A stretch of 52,967 nt of DNA, from positions 1 to 52,967 of the IMG/VR virus record IMGVR_UViG_3300043683_000021; one strand, written 5' to 3'. The notes under the pieces are model-generated. The model ran no database searches. It saw nothing but the letters and a program-made list of their open reading frames with translations, and was not told where the DNA came from. The translations under genes and the position numbers were made by a program. How positions within the stretch are numbered: position 1 is the stretch's first letter; the number at the start of each line of letters is the position of its first letter. The stretch comes from a virus (Duplodnaviria > Caudoviricetes). Positions 45,103-52,967 of this stretch are shown piece after piece.

Positions 45103-48100
45103 CCGTTGCGATGCGTCGTCGCCGGCAGCCGGAGCGATTGCTTGACGGCTTTCGGATTCTGTTGCATATGCTCGACAACGACCTTGGCTCCCGCCGGCGA
45201 GCTCATTTCATCGAGGATGAGGCCATGGGCGAGCGACAGTTTGATGTGGTGATGGCCGCCACCGCCCGCGCCGCCACTCTCGACCACGCCGCCGCGCGCG
45301 AAGCCGACGTGCCCGCCCTCGGCGAAGCCCGGGACGCGTACCGCGCCGCCGTACGCGTGCGCCTGCATGCGCCCCGTGTTGATCGCGTCGAAGAAGTTCA
45401 CGCCCAGCCGGTCGACGGCGCTCGCGCGAACGACGTACTCGCCGTGGGACAGCATCGCGGGGATCGAGTCGGACGTGCTCGTCCCGGGCCCTCGGACGTG
45501 GCCGCCGTCGGCGAACATGCTCCCGAGGCCCATTGGGATGCCGATCGAGCCGAGCGAGGAGCCGCCACCGCCGGCGCCCAGGATCATGTTCAGGAATCCC
45601 GAGACCTTCGACGCGATCGCTGCCTCGAGGATCTTCGCGATGATGTCCTGCAGCGACTTGAGCACCGTCTGCGCGAGTCCGCGGAACGCATCGCCGACGT
45701 TGTGTACGTGCTGCGCCATGTCGACGAGGCCGTGCGCGATGTCGCCGGAGACGCTTCGCGTGATGGCTTCGCGGAGATGGAGCGAGGTGTCGGCAGCGCG
45801 TGCGATCTCTTTCGTCACCGTGCCGTACTGCTTCGCCAGCGCGTCGACCTTGGCCAGATTGTCGGGCGAGGGCGCGATCTGCGCGAGCGTCTGCGCGGCG
45901 CTCATGGCCGCGAGGATGGCGTCGCGCTCTTGCTGGTACGCCGCGATGATGCGCTGGCGCCCTTCGGGCTCCGAGAGCGCGCCGTTCTCGACCGCCGCCT
46001 GGGTGCCTCTGACCGTGCCTTCGGTCGCGCTCGAGACGCCCCGCGCCTCGGTCGCCGCGCGATCGGCCCGCATACGCGCCAGCTCCGCGTCGTGGAGATA
46101 GTCGATATTCGCGAGCGTCGCCTGATCGTTCTCGGCGCGCGCGCGATCAGCTTCCGCCTTGTGCTTCTGGTTGAACTCGATCTCGAACGCTTCTTCGGTC
46201 TGGCCCCGCTCCTTCATCGCCTGGACCGTGAGCGCCGTCCGCTGCCGCTCGTATTGCTGCTCGAGCTGCAGCCGCTTGGCCGCGTTCTTCTCGACGACCT
46301 GGGTCTCTTGCTCCTCGAGCTTCTCGATATCGGCGCCCAACTTCGCTTGCTGTTTCGGGTCCGTCGTCTTCGCCAAGAGCTGCTGCTTCTCGGCGATCTG
46401 CACATCCAGCGCGGAGAGCTCGACGGCGTTCAACTTGGCGAAGTAGTCGGCGTAGCTGATTTCGTTCCGCTGGAGCTGCCCCTGCAATGCGCGCTCGATC
46501 GTCGCCGCCTGCGCATTCATGCGCTCGATCGCGGCGTTCGCTTCCGCGGCGTCGAGGCCCTTGACCGGCTTGTCCTCGTCGTCCGTGTGCTTGGGCTTGA
46601 CCTCCGCGAGCGCATCCTGCTCGGCTCGGATCTTCGCGGAGACGGCGTGGTCGACCGCCGTCCCGTACGCGCGCGCGTCGGCCACGGCCGCCTTCATCTG
46701 CGTCCGCACCTCGCTCAACCGCGCGTTCACCTGGGCGAGGTGCGCATCGGCGATGGCGGCGCCGCCCTCCGTCGTCGGTCGCCCCTGTGCGGCAATCGCG
46801 TCCTGCTGCTCGTTCTTGAGCGAGGACTCCTGCCCTTTGAGCGAGTCGACCGATGCGTGCGCTGCGTCGCGTTGTGCTTCGAGCTGGCGAAGCTGGGACT
46901 CGTACAATGCGTTGACCGCCTCGCCCTGCTGCCGGATCCCGTCCGTCTCCTGGCTGATCGCCTCGCGATACGCGGGCGAGATTTTCACCAGCTCGTCGGT
47001 GACCGTTTTGAGTTCAGCCTTCGCACGGGTGAGCGCCTCGCCCTTGAGCCGCCCGCTCTCGAGCTCCTTGGACAGCGCCTCGTAGTGACCCACGAGTGTG
47101 GCGGTCGCGCTCGCGTGATCGATGGTGGCTTGCCGCGCCGCGATCGCCGCGGCGGTGGCGCGCTCCTGCGTGATACGGTGATACTCGACGGCGGCCGTGA
47201 GGGCGACGAGCGTCGCGATGACCAGCGTGATCGGGTTGAACGCCGCGAAGAAGGCGGCGATCGAGGCGGCGCCGAGATTGATCGAGCTATAGTTGAGGAG
47301 TGCGACGATGGCGCCTACGCCCGCGACGACCACGCCAATGTGGTCCGCGATGAAGCCAATGATGTCCCCGATCGCGCGGAGCGTCGCCTGCAGCGCGACA
47401 GAGCTCGCCGCCCACACCGCGATCTTCACCGCGATCTCCGTGACGCCGGCAATGATCCGCCCCGTGCTCGTCACGATGTCGAGGAACCCCCGCCCCAGCT
47501 GCTCCGCCTTCACTTTGTTGTTCTCGAACCAGACGCCCATGCGCTCCAATCCGTCGATGATCTTGCCGACGAGATCCACCACGAGCTGCGCGCCGCCGCC
47601 CAAGCCTTCGCGGAGGAGATGCGCGGCACCTTCGACGTTCGACGTGAGCTTCCCCGTGTCGAAGTCGAAGACGCGGGCGAGCTGGCCTTTGATCCCCGTC
47701 TCGAGCGTCGTGAACGCGCCCGACGTCGCCGCGCCCGAGAACTGCTGAAAGAACTCCGTGACGTTGGACATGACGCCGCGCCATGTCCCTTGCACGCGCG
47801 TCCCCAGTGTCTCGTACTGGCCGAAGGTCTCGAGGAGCTTCTCAACCAGGATGCCTTTCTCTTTCCACTCGTGGAGATCGGCCTGCGTGATCCCGAGCTC
47901 CTGAGAGAGCCGGTTCGTGATGCGCGTGTGGCCCTCGAGCAGCTGGACGAGCGTAACCGAGAGCTGCGAGTACGGGATATTGAGCGCGCCCGCGGCCAGC
48001 GCGGCATCGGTCGTGAGCTGGCGGACCTGATCGAGCGTAGCGCCCGCGTGGATGCCCGCGGCGATCGCGCTCTGATACGTCGTCACCAGCTGCTGGACGG

Positions 48101-49481
48101 TCGTCGACGTGCGCGCGGAGTCGGCGTAGAGCTTCTGGATCTGATCGTCCGCGATCGCCGTCGCCGCGCCGAACTTCTCCTGCCCCTCGAGCGCGCGGCC
48201 TTGCGCGTCGGTCAGCTCGCCCACGGCGTTGACGCTGGCCGCGATCCCGAGCTTGGCACTTTCGATCGTCGCGTTGAAGTCGACGCCCGCGTGAATGAAC
48301 TCCTTCGCCTTGGCGTACGCCTCGAGCGCGGCGATCACGGCGATCAGCTGCGTCCACATGCCGCCGAGCGCGCTGCCCGCGCCCGTCGCTTCCTGCTCGA
48401 TCGCACCCATCGATGCGGCGCGGGCCTCCTGTTGCGCCCGGATGTTGATTGCCATCTCGCCTTCCGCGAGTCCGGCCGCGCGCGCCGCGGCCAGTCGCTC
48501 GCGCGCGGCGGCGGCAATCGACAGCGAGCCCGCGACGACGGCGCCCGACGTCTCTGCTTCGGCGACGTTCGCGGTCGCGGCGGCGCGCGAGGCGGCAACA
48601 GCTTCCATCGTCGCGGCGGCTTGCGCTTTGGTGACGGCGATCGCCTCGAGCTTCGCGCTGTTCAGGATGTTCTGCGCGGCTGCCTGCTCCTCGTCCGCCA
48701 CGGTGATGAGCCCCGCGCCGGATTCGTCGACGACACCAACTGCACTGGCCTTGATGCCGAGCTTGGAGAGGAGCGCAGCGCCGGTGACGGCGTCGGCCAT
48801 TGCCTTGGCCGCGAGCGCCGCTTCGGTCTCGGCGCCCGCGAGCTGCTCGGCGGCGACGGTACCCTGTCGCATCTCAGCGGTCGCGGCCACCTGGGCGGCC
48901 GCTGAGCGCTCCTGCGCGGTGGCGACCGCCGCTTCCGTGTCCGCGAGCGCTCGACGCGCGGCCAGGAGCTCCCCGCTCGCCGCCGCTGCGGCGGCATCCG
49001 CCTCCGCGATCGCCGCCGCTGATGCGGCCGCTGTCCCTTCGATCTCCGTGACCGCGCTCGTCGCGGCGAGCATCGCCTCGTCGGCAGTCACCAGGACCGA
49101 CGCGGCCTCCGCCTGCGACGTGAGCGCCACCGACAAGGCTTCGTGCGCTGCGACGGCGGCTTCTGTTTGCGCGGCCGACTCTGCTGCCGCGCCGGAGGTC
49201 GCGCCGGCGGCGTAGATCTCGGGCGACTGGAGCGCGAGCGGAACCGGCGGCTCGACCTGTCCGAAGCCGGCGAGGATCGCGGCGTGCGCATCCTGCGCGG
49301 CCGTGACCGCCGCCTGATCGAGGGTGACGCTCGCTCCCATCGCCTTGGCGGACGCCGCCGCTTCGTCGAAGGCGACGGCGGTCTCCTTCGCGACAGCGCC
49401 GAGCGCGTTCAGCGCCTCGGCCGCGTCCGCGTTGCCGGTGACATTGAAATTGATCCCGACGTTGAGCTTCTCGTCAGCCAT
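45099..49481 (-). CDS. Tape measure protein
   Basis: 1460 aa, Ala-rich and helical; C-terminal FADGGHVRGPGTSTSDSIPAMLSHGEYVVRASAV motif. Confidence 0.93.
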   Translation of the reverse strand: MADEKLNVGINFNVTGNADAAEALNALGAVAKETAVAFDEAAASAKAMGASVTLDQAAVTAAQDAHAAILAGFGQVEPPVPLALQSPEIYAAGATSGAAAESAAQTEAAVAAHEALSVALTSQAEAASVLVTADEAMLAATSAVTEIEGTAAASAAAIAEADAAAAAASGELLAARRALADTEAAVATAQERSAAAQVAATAEMRQGTVAAEQLAGAETEAALAAKAMADAVTGAALLSKLGIKASAVGVVDESGAGLITVADEEQAAAQNILNSAKLEAIAVTKAQAAATMEAVAASRAAATANVAEAETSGAVVAGSLSIAAAARERLAAARAAGLAEGEMAINIRAQQEARAASMGAIEQEATGAGSALGGMWTQLIAVIAALEAYAKAKEFIHAGVDFNATIESAKLGIAASVNAVGELTDAQGRALEGQEKFGAATAIADDQIQKLYADSARTSTTVQQLVTTYQSAIAAGIHAGATLDQVRQLTTDAALAAGALNIPYSQLSVTLVQLLEGHTRITNRLSQELGITQADLHEWKEKGILVEKLLETFGQYETLGTRVQGTWRGVMSNVTEFFQQFSGAATSGAFTTLETGIKGQLARVFDFDTGKLTSNVEGAAHLLREGLGGGAQLVVDLVGKIIDGLERMGVWFENNKVKAEQLGRGFLDIVTSTGRIIAGVTEIAVKIAVWAASSVALQATLRAIGDIIGFIADHIGVVVAGVGAIVALLNYSSINLGAASIAAFFAAFNPITLVIATLVALTAAVEYHRITQERATAAAIAARQATIDHASATATLVGHYEALSKELESGRLKGEALTRAKAELKTVTDELVKISPAYREAISQETDGIRQQGEAVNALYESQLRQLEAQRDAAHASVDSLKGQESSLKNEQQDAIAAQGRPTTEGGAAIADAHLAQVNARLSEVRTQMKAAVADARAYGTAVDHAVSAKIRAEQDALAEVKPKHTDDEDKPVKGLDAAEANAAIERMNAQAATIERALQGQLQRNEISYADYFAKLNAVELSALDVQIAEKQQLLAKTTDPKQQAKLGADIEKLEEQETQVVEKNAAKRLQLEQQYERQRTALTVQAMKERGQTEEAFEIEFNQKHKAEADRARAENDQATLANIDYLHDAELARMRADRAATEARGVSSATEGTVRGTQAAVENGALSEPEGRQRIIAAYQQERDAILAAMSAAQTLAQIAPSPDNLAKVDALAKQYGTVTKEIARAADTSLHLREAITRSVSGDIAHGLVDMAQHVHNVGDAFRGLAQTVLKSLQDIIAKILEAAIASKVSGFLNMILGAGGGGSSLGSIGIPMGLGSMFADGGHVRGPGTSTSDSIPAMLSHGEYVVRASAVDRLGVNFFDAINTGRMQAHAYGGAVRVPGFAEGGHVGFARGGVVESGGAGGGGHHHIKLSLAHGLILDEMSSPAGAKVVVEHMQQNPKAVKQSLRLPATTHRNG

Positions 49482-49505
49482 CGGCGCGCTCTCCGGTCAG
49501 AGGTT

Positions 49506-49834
49506 CTACGGATCGCGGAGTAGAATCTCCGGCTTCTCTGGCGGGTCGACCTTCTCCTCGTAGTACGGCGCGTGGATCGCCCACTCGTGCCGTGCGAGTT
49601 CGTACTCGCGGCGCGTGTCGTCCCGAATCAGCGCGACGAGCGCGATGAAGCTCTCCCGGACGGGCCATTGGAGAACGGCCTCTATCCGGTCGCTGTCGTA
49701 GCCAGCGAGTCGGCGGATGACGGCGCCCCATCGGCCAAGCTCGTAGGCGCCGCGTTCGGGCTGGGCTCCGACGGTGCCGTCGTCCGCGTGGAAGCACTCG
49801 GGGAAGTCCCGAGGGAGCTGAGCCCTCTCATAAA
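49506..49834 (-). CDS. Tail assembly chaperone -1 frameshift extension (gpGT-like; not in the ORF track)
   Basis: Open -1 frame YERAQLPRDFPECF...RWGAVIRRLAGYD...WPVRESF...ILLRDP* starting at slippery GGT TTT TTT ATG; no start codon of its own. Confidence 0.85.
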
Positions 49835-50263
49835 AAAACCGGCGATGAAGACGGCGATGAGCTGCTGCAGCCTGGCCGTCATCTCTTCATCGTCGAGATC
49901 CGCGAGGCGGAGGGCGAGGACGCGCGCGTCCTGCTCCGTCCACTTCTCGCCGGTGCGGACGAGCGCGCCCGCGACGAAGTCGAAGGTGCGGCCGCTGCGG
50001 TAGAGCGCCAGGAGGAGCTGCTTCACGTTCTGCTCCCACGCCGTATCGCGCACGATCAAGCGACGCGGATCTTCGAGCCCGGCCTCCATGAAGATCGTCT
50101 CGAGGTAGAGCTTCTGCGCCCAGCGCATTTTTTTGATGTCGGATGCGACGTACGTCACGCCATCGATCTGGACAGTGACATTCTTGAGCAAATCCTCCAC
50201 GCCCTTGATCGGCGCGGAAGGCGCCTCTGTGGCTTCTGCAGACGGTGCGGTTGCTGCGGTCAT
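49682..50263 (-). CDS. Tail assembly chaperone (gpG-like)
   Basis: 193 aa between major tail and tape measure; AGFF slippery site followed by a low-complexity Ser/Thr/Pro tail. Confidence 0.85.
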   Translation of the reverse strand: MTAATAPSAEATEAPSAPIKGVEDLLKNVTVQIDGVTYVASDIKKMRWAQKLYLETIFMEAGLEDPRRLIVRDTAWEQNVKQLLLALYRSGRTFDFVAGALVRTGEKWTEQDARVLALRLADLDDEEMTARLQQLIAVFIAGFFMRGLSSLGTSPSASTRTTAPSEPSPNAAPTSLADGAPSSADSLATTATG

Positions 50264-50370
50264 CTGGTCAGTCCCCGGTTGTGGAACCCCGCGAACGACG
50301 CGCCGCCGGGAACTACTCGACGCGCCGAACGCGAGAAACACTCACTGCTCCGTCACGCGAAGTCGTTCAG

Positions 50371-51168
50371 TTACGCGCGGCGGGTCTGGCGGTAGTACGG
50401 GATCGTTGGATCGAAGGCGAGGTTGCTCTGGACATCGCCCGTGAGCTTCCACTTCCCGAAATCGTTGCCGATGTAGTCCAGATCGGTGCCGCCCGTGAGG
50501 AGCACGCGGGGCACTTCGACATCCCAGCTCGGCCCCGTCATCGGGTCGGCGTAGAAGAACAGCTTGCCGCGGATCATGGACACCGACGCGCCGAGCACCT
50601 GGCGCATGTTCGCGCTCGCGGCGATCGCGGCCGCGCTGTACGCGACGGTGACGGCCGCCGTGTTCACGACGGCGGAGCCCTCGGGGAAGTAGATCAGCCC
50701 CGAGTGCGCGTCCTTGAGCACGTAGTCGACGTTGTTGACGAGGGTGGTCGTCGACTGCGTGACGATGAGTGCCGAGATCTCGCGGTTGAGCGTGCGGAAC
50801 CCGCGGCCGAGCTTCTGCGTGGGCGCGGTCGCGAGCACTTCGGTCGTGACGGTGGCGGACGCCTGCGTGAGAGACGTCGGCGGAGCCGCCTGACTCACGA
50901 GCGCGATCTGCTCGTCTCCGAACTCGAAGCCTTCGATCGTGAGCGTCAGATCGACCTGCGAGACCGCCGTATTGTAGACCGCGGCCGTGCTGTCGAGCGA
51001 CGTGTACACCTTCTTCACCGTCGGTTTCACGGCGATGCTGAACTTGTCGCAGTTGCCGAGCGCCATCATCGAGCCGGACGGGACACCGTTTACTTCGCGG
51101 TCGAACCAGATCGCGCCCTTGCCGATCAGCGTGAGGTTGGGCGATGGAGCGTAGAGAGACGGGGGCAT
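50371..51168 (-). CDS. Major tail (tube) protein
   Basis: LIGKGAIWF...LGNC, DYVLKDAHSGLIYF and GKLFFYADPMTGP motifs. Confidence 0.85.
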   Translation of the reverse strand: MPPSLYAPSPNLTLIGKGAIWFDREVNGVPSGSMMALGNCDKFSIAVKPTVKKVYTSLDSTAAVYNTAVSQVDLTLTIEGFEFGDEQIALVSQAAPPTSLTQASATVTTEVLATAPTQKLGRGFRTLNREISALIVTQSTTTLVNNVDYVLKDAHSGLIYFPEGSAVVNTAAVTVAYSAAAIAASANMRQVLGASVSMIRGKLFFYADPMTGPSWDVEVPRVLLTGGTDLDYIGNDFGKWKLTGDVQSNLAFDPTIPYYRQTRRA

Positions 51169-51192
51169 ACGCGTAATCCTCCAGAGGAGCGG

Positions 51193-51756
51193 TTAGGGTG
51201 CGAGGTCGCGCACCAGACAGACGGTGAGCACGATTCCCATGACCGAGGAATTGCCGATGCTCACGAGGAGGCGACGCTCGGTGATCTGGCGCGTGCCGAG
51301 GAACAGCGTGGTGTTGAGCGTGCGTGACGCTTGCGAGGCCTGCTCGAGCAGACCGATCGACTTCCGGATCGCGGCGAGCGTGTAGCCGGACTGCGCAATG
51401 CCTTTCACCAGGTCTTCGCCGCGGAGCATGTAGGTGACGCCGATGATGAGCGGGCTGCCCGCGATCCCCGACTGCGCGCGCTGAAGGCTGTCCGCCGACT
51501 CGCCGCGCTGTCCGCCGAGCGAGTAGAGCGAGGCTTCCGCGTTGGTGGCACTGACGGCGATCGCCGGCACCACGTCGGGCTCCGTGCCCTTGATGATCCA
51601 GAGGCTCTCAACCTCGTTGTAGACGGCCTTGAGCTGCGGCGGCTCGGGATCGGCCCCGCGGCGCGCGACGGATGGCAGAAGCGCGTTCACGCTCGCCGCC
51701 GGATCGATGTCGCCATTGAGCCAGCGCGAGAAGAGGACGACGGTATCGTCAATCAC
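51193..51756 (-). CDS. Tail terminator/completion protein
   Basis: 187 aa from GTG 51756; positional call, just before the major tail gene. Confidence 0.6.
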   Translation of the reverse strand: MIDDTVVLFSRWLNGDIDPAASVNALLPSVARRGADPEPPQLKAVYNEVESLWIIKGTEPDVVPAIAVSATNAEASLYSLGGQRGESADSLQRAQSGIAGSPLIIGVTYMLRGEDLVKGIAQSGYTLAAIRKSIGLLEQASQASRTLNTTLFLGTRQITERRLLVSIGNSSVMGIVLTVCLVRDLAP

Positions 51757-52292
51757 TGGAGCACTCCGCCGAGCCCGTGCTGCACATAGTCGAGCATCGT
51801 GCTCCGAATGAGATCGGCCCACGACGCGGGGAGCGACGCGGGCACGAAGGGCCGCGCGGGCACGTCGCGCGCGGGATCGATCGCATGGCCGAAGATCTTC
51901 GACATCGTCCATCCGCCATGCACGTACTTGGGATAGGGCGCGCCGCTGCGGTTCGCCGCGGTGCCGTAGAAGAGTCCCAACGGCGAGACCTCGCGCAGCT
52001 GGTCCGCGTCCCCGCGCACCGTGAGCGAGTGAAGCAGGCGGTCCGAATCGCGGAGCACGCCCATCGCGCCGCGACCGCGCTTCGCCTTGAGCGCGAGTGT
52101 CGTTTCGGAGAGCGGCGCCCACGGCCCGCCGTTGATGTTCGCGCCCTCGGTCTCCCAGATGGACGTGAACCACCCCGCGACGATCGGCGAGGCGACCGCG
52201 TCCCAATACGGCGTGAAGTTGAGCAGCCGCTCGGCCATGCCGTTTGTCCGATCCGCGAGCGCTGACGCGTCCAAGGCGATATTGATTTGCAT
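51753..52292 (-). CDS. Virion morphogenesis (tail completion) protein
   Basis: PWAPLSETT...LRDSDRLLHSL...YVHGG...VPARPF. Confidence 0.85.
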   Translation of the reverse strand: MQINIALDASALADRTNGMAERLLNFTPYWDAVASPIVAGWFTSIWETEGANINGGPWAPLSETTLALKAKRGRGAMGVLRDSDRLLHSLTVRGDADQLREVSPLGLFYGTAANRSGAPYPKYVHGGWTMSKIFGHAIDPARDVPARPFVPASLPASWADLIRSTMLDYVQHGLGGVLQ

Positions 52293-52295
52293 CGC

Positions 52296-52805
52296 CTAGA
52301 TCGCCCCGTCGGTCTCGCGCGTGTCGTACGGCTTGAGATAGCGATCCCACGCCGGCGGCAACGAGTCGTAGCCGATGAAGGTCTTCTGCCCGCTCGAGGC
52401 CGTGCCACTCCCGCCGCTCAGTTGCTTCACCTGGACGTCTCGGCGGTTCTGCTGGTAGCGCCAGCGATAGACCTCGGCCACCGTCCGGCGCATGGCCGTG
52501 ACGAAGAGCGGATCCTCGCACTGCGTCGGATCGACCGTGTAGCCCGCGAGGAACACCCCGAGCCCGTTCCCCAAATCGGTGTAGACGCTCGTCGAGCGGA
52601 ACGCGACCGGCAACGTCGCCGCGATCGGGAAGTTCGTGTAGCTCGTCGTGTTGACGCGCCGCGTGAACGTGTTGAGCACGTCCGCCTCGCACTGTGCCGC
52701 CAGAAACACGAGATCCTCCGAGACACGGAGCTCGGTCGGCAAGAGCGCGAGACAGTTCGCCTCGTCCTCGGTGTCGAAGTAGACGGTGGTCGAGGGCGGC
52801 GTCAC
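52296..52805 (-). CDS. Head-tail adaptor protein
   Basis: 169 aa ending LPPAWDRYLKPY; position after the head genes. Confidence 0.65.
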   Translation of the reverse strand: MTPPSTTVYFDTEDEANCLALLPTELRVSEDLVFLAAQCEADVLNTFTRRVNTTSYTNFPIAATLPVAFRSTSVYTDLGNGLGVFLAGYTVDPTQCEDPLFVTAMRRTVAEVYRWRYQQNRRDVQVKQLSGGSGTASSGQKTFIGYDSLPPAWDRYLKPYDTRETDGAI

Positions 52806-52967
52806 GACTCACGACGGATGCTTGAGGGCGACGCCGATCACGCGATCCGCCGTCGCGGTGACAGGCACCGCTTGGGTGCCCAAGCGGAGCTTCATGTAGC
52901 GCCACGGAGCGAGGCACGCGGCCTGCGCGGACGTCGGCGCGACTGAGAGCGAGGCGGCGACGGTGAG
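52724..52967. repeat. Terminal direct repeat, right copy
   Basis: 244-bp match to 1-244 with two mismatches. Confidence 0.97.

Larger units (their letters stand above)
1..52967. mobile_element. Complete temperate tailed phage (siphovirus-like), excised/circular form
   Basis: Terminase, portal, capsid, major tail, tape measure, tail tip, lysis genes, integrase with intact attP, repressor switch and primase-helicase are all present; no host housekeeping genes; ends overlap. Confidence 0.95.

Noticed and set aside
50264-50370. Structured RNA between major tail and chaperone genes
   Set aside because: GACGCGCCG occurs twice and a 7-bp long-range pairing is possible, but this is too weak in GC-rich DNA to call.
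797-52946. Long + strand ORFs antisense to structural and replication genes (e.g. 797..2791, 40816..42453, 45111..48905)
   Set aside because: Arg/Ala-rich shadow frames expected in high-GC DNA; the - strand frames carry the recognisable motifs.
1-52967. Diversity-generating retroelement suggested by A-to-G differences in the terminal repeat
   Set aside because: No RT (YxDD) ORF, no Avd and no separate template repeat; the duplicate is the circular overlap.
1-52967. Alternative genetic code (stop-codon reassignment)
   Set aside because: Genes are full length under code 11 and use all three stops; only one in-frame stop/start junction (44226/44227) was seen.
1-52967. Host assignment to a specific phylum such as Gemmatimonadota
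   Set aside because: High GC and diderm-type genes are only suggestive; the attP tRNA match or CRISPR spacer searches are needed.

Overview
The window is an apparently complete, circularly permuted, GC-rich temperate siphovirus genome of about 52.7 kb. Bases 1-244 repeat at 52724-52967 with two mismatches. Almost all genes are on the - strand. The early operon runs from a cI/cro switch (~30.7 kb) through recT, xis/int, a tRNA-derived attP, DUF4406, DUF5131, a primase-helicase with an ori-like repeat cluster, and a VRR-NUC nuclease. The late operon runs from terS, terL and portal through a cargo island to scaffold and a P22-type capsid, then across the circular junction through head-tail genes, major tail, a frameshifted chaperone, tape measure, GTA-type tail tip and lysis genes. 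A moron region at 31-36 kb carries an OafA-like acyltransferase, a second HTH switch and a HigBA-type toxin-antitoxin pair. The most notable signal is a conserved leader-plus-hairpin-plus-U-tract element that occurs four times, in front of terS, portal, scaffold/capsid and the lysis cassette. Next to the first copy are a ~100-nt structured RNA and a Zn-finger gene with its own promoter, and no Q-like gene is recognisable, so this is a candidate RNA-gated late-gene control system. Also notable: a head-embedded cargo island (Acb2/Tad1-like protein, nucleotidyltransferase, HD protein, TPR-glycosyltransferase), an attP that splits the early operon, and a candidate antisense sRNA upstream of recT. 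All family calls come from motif recognition by eye; no database search was run.
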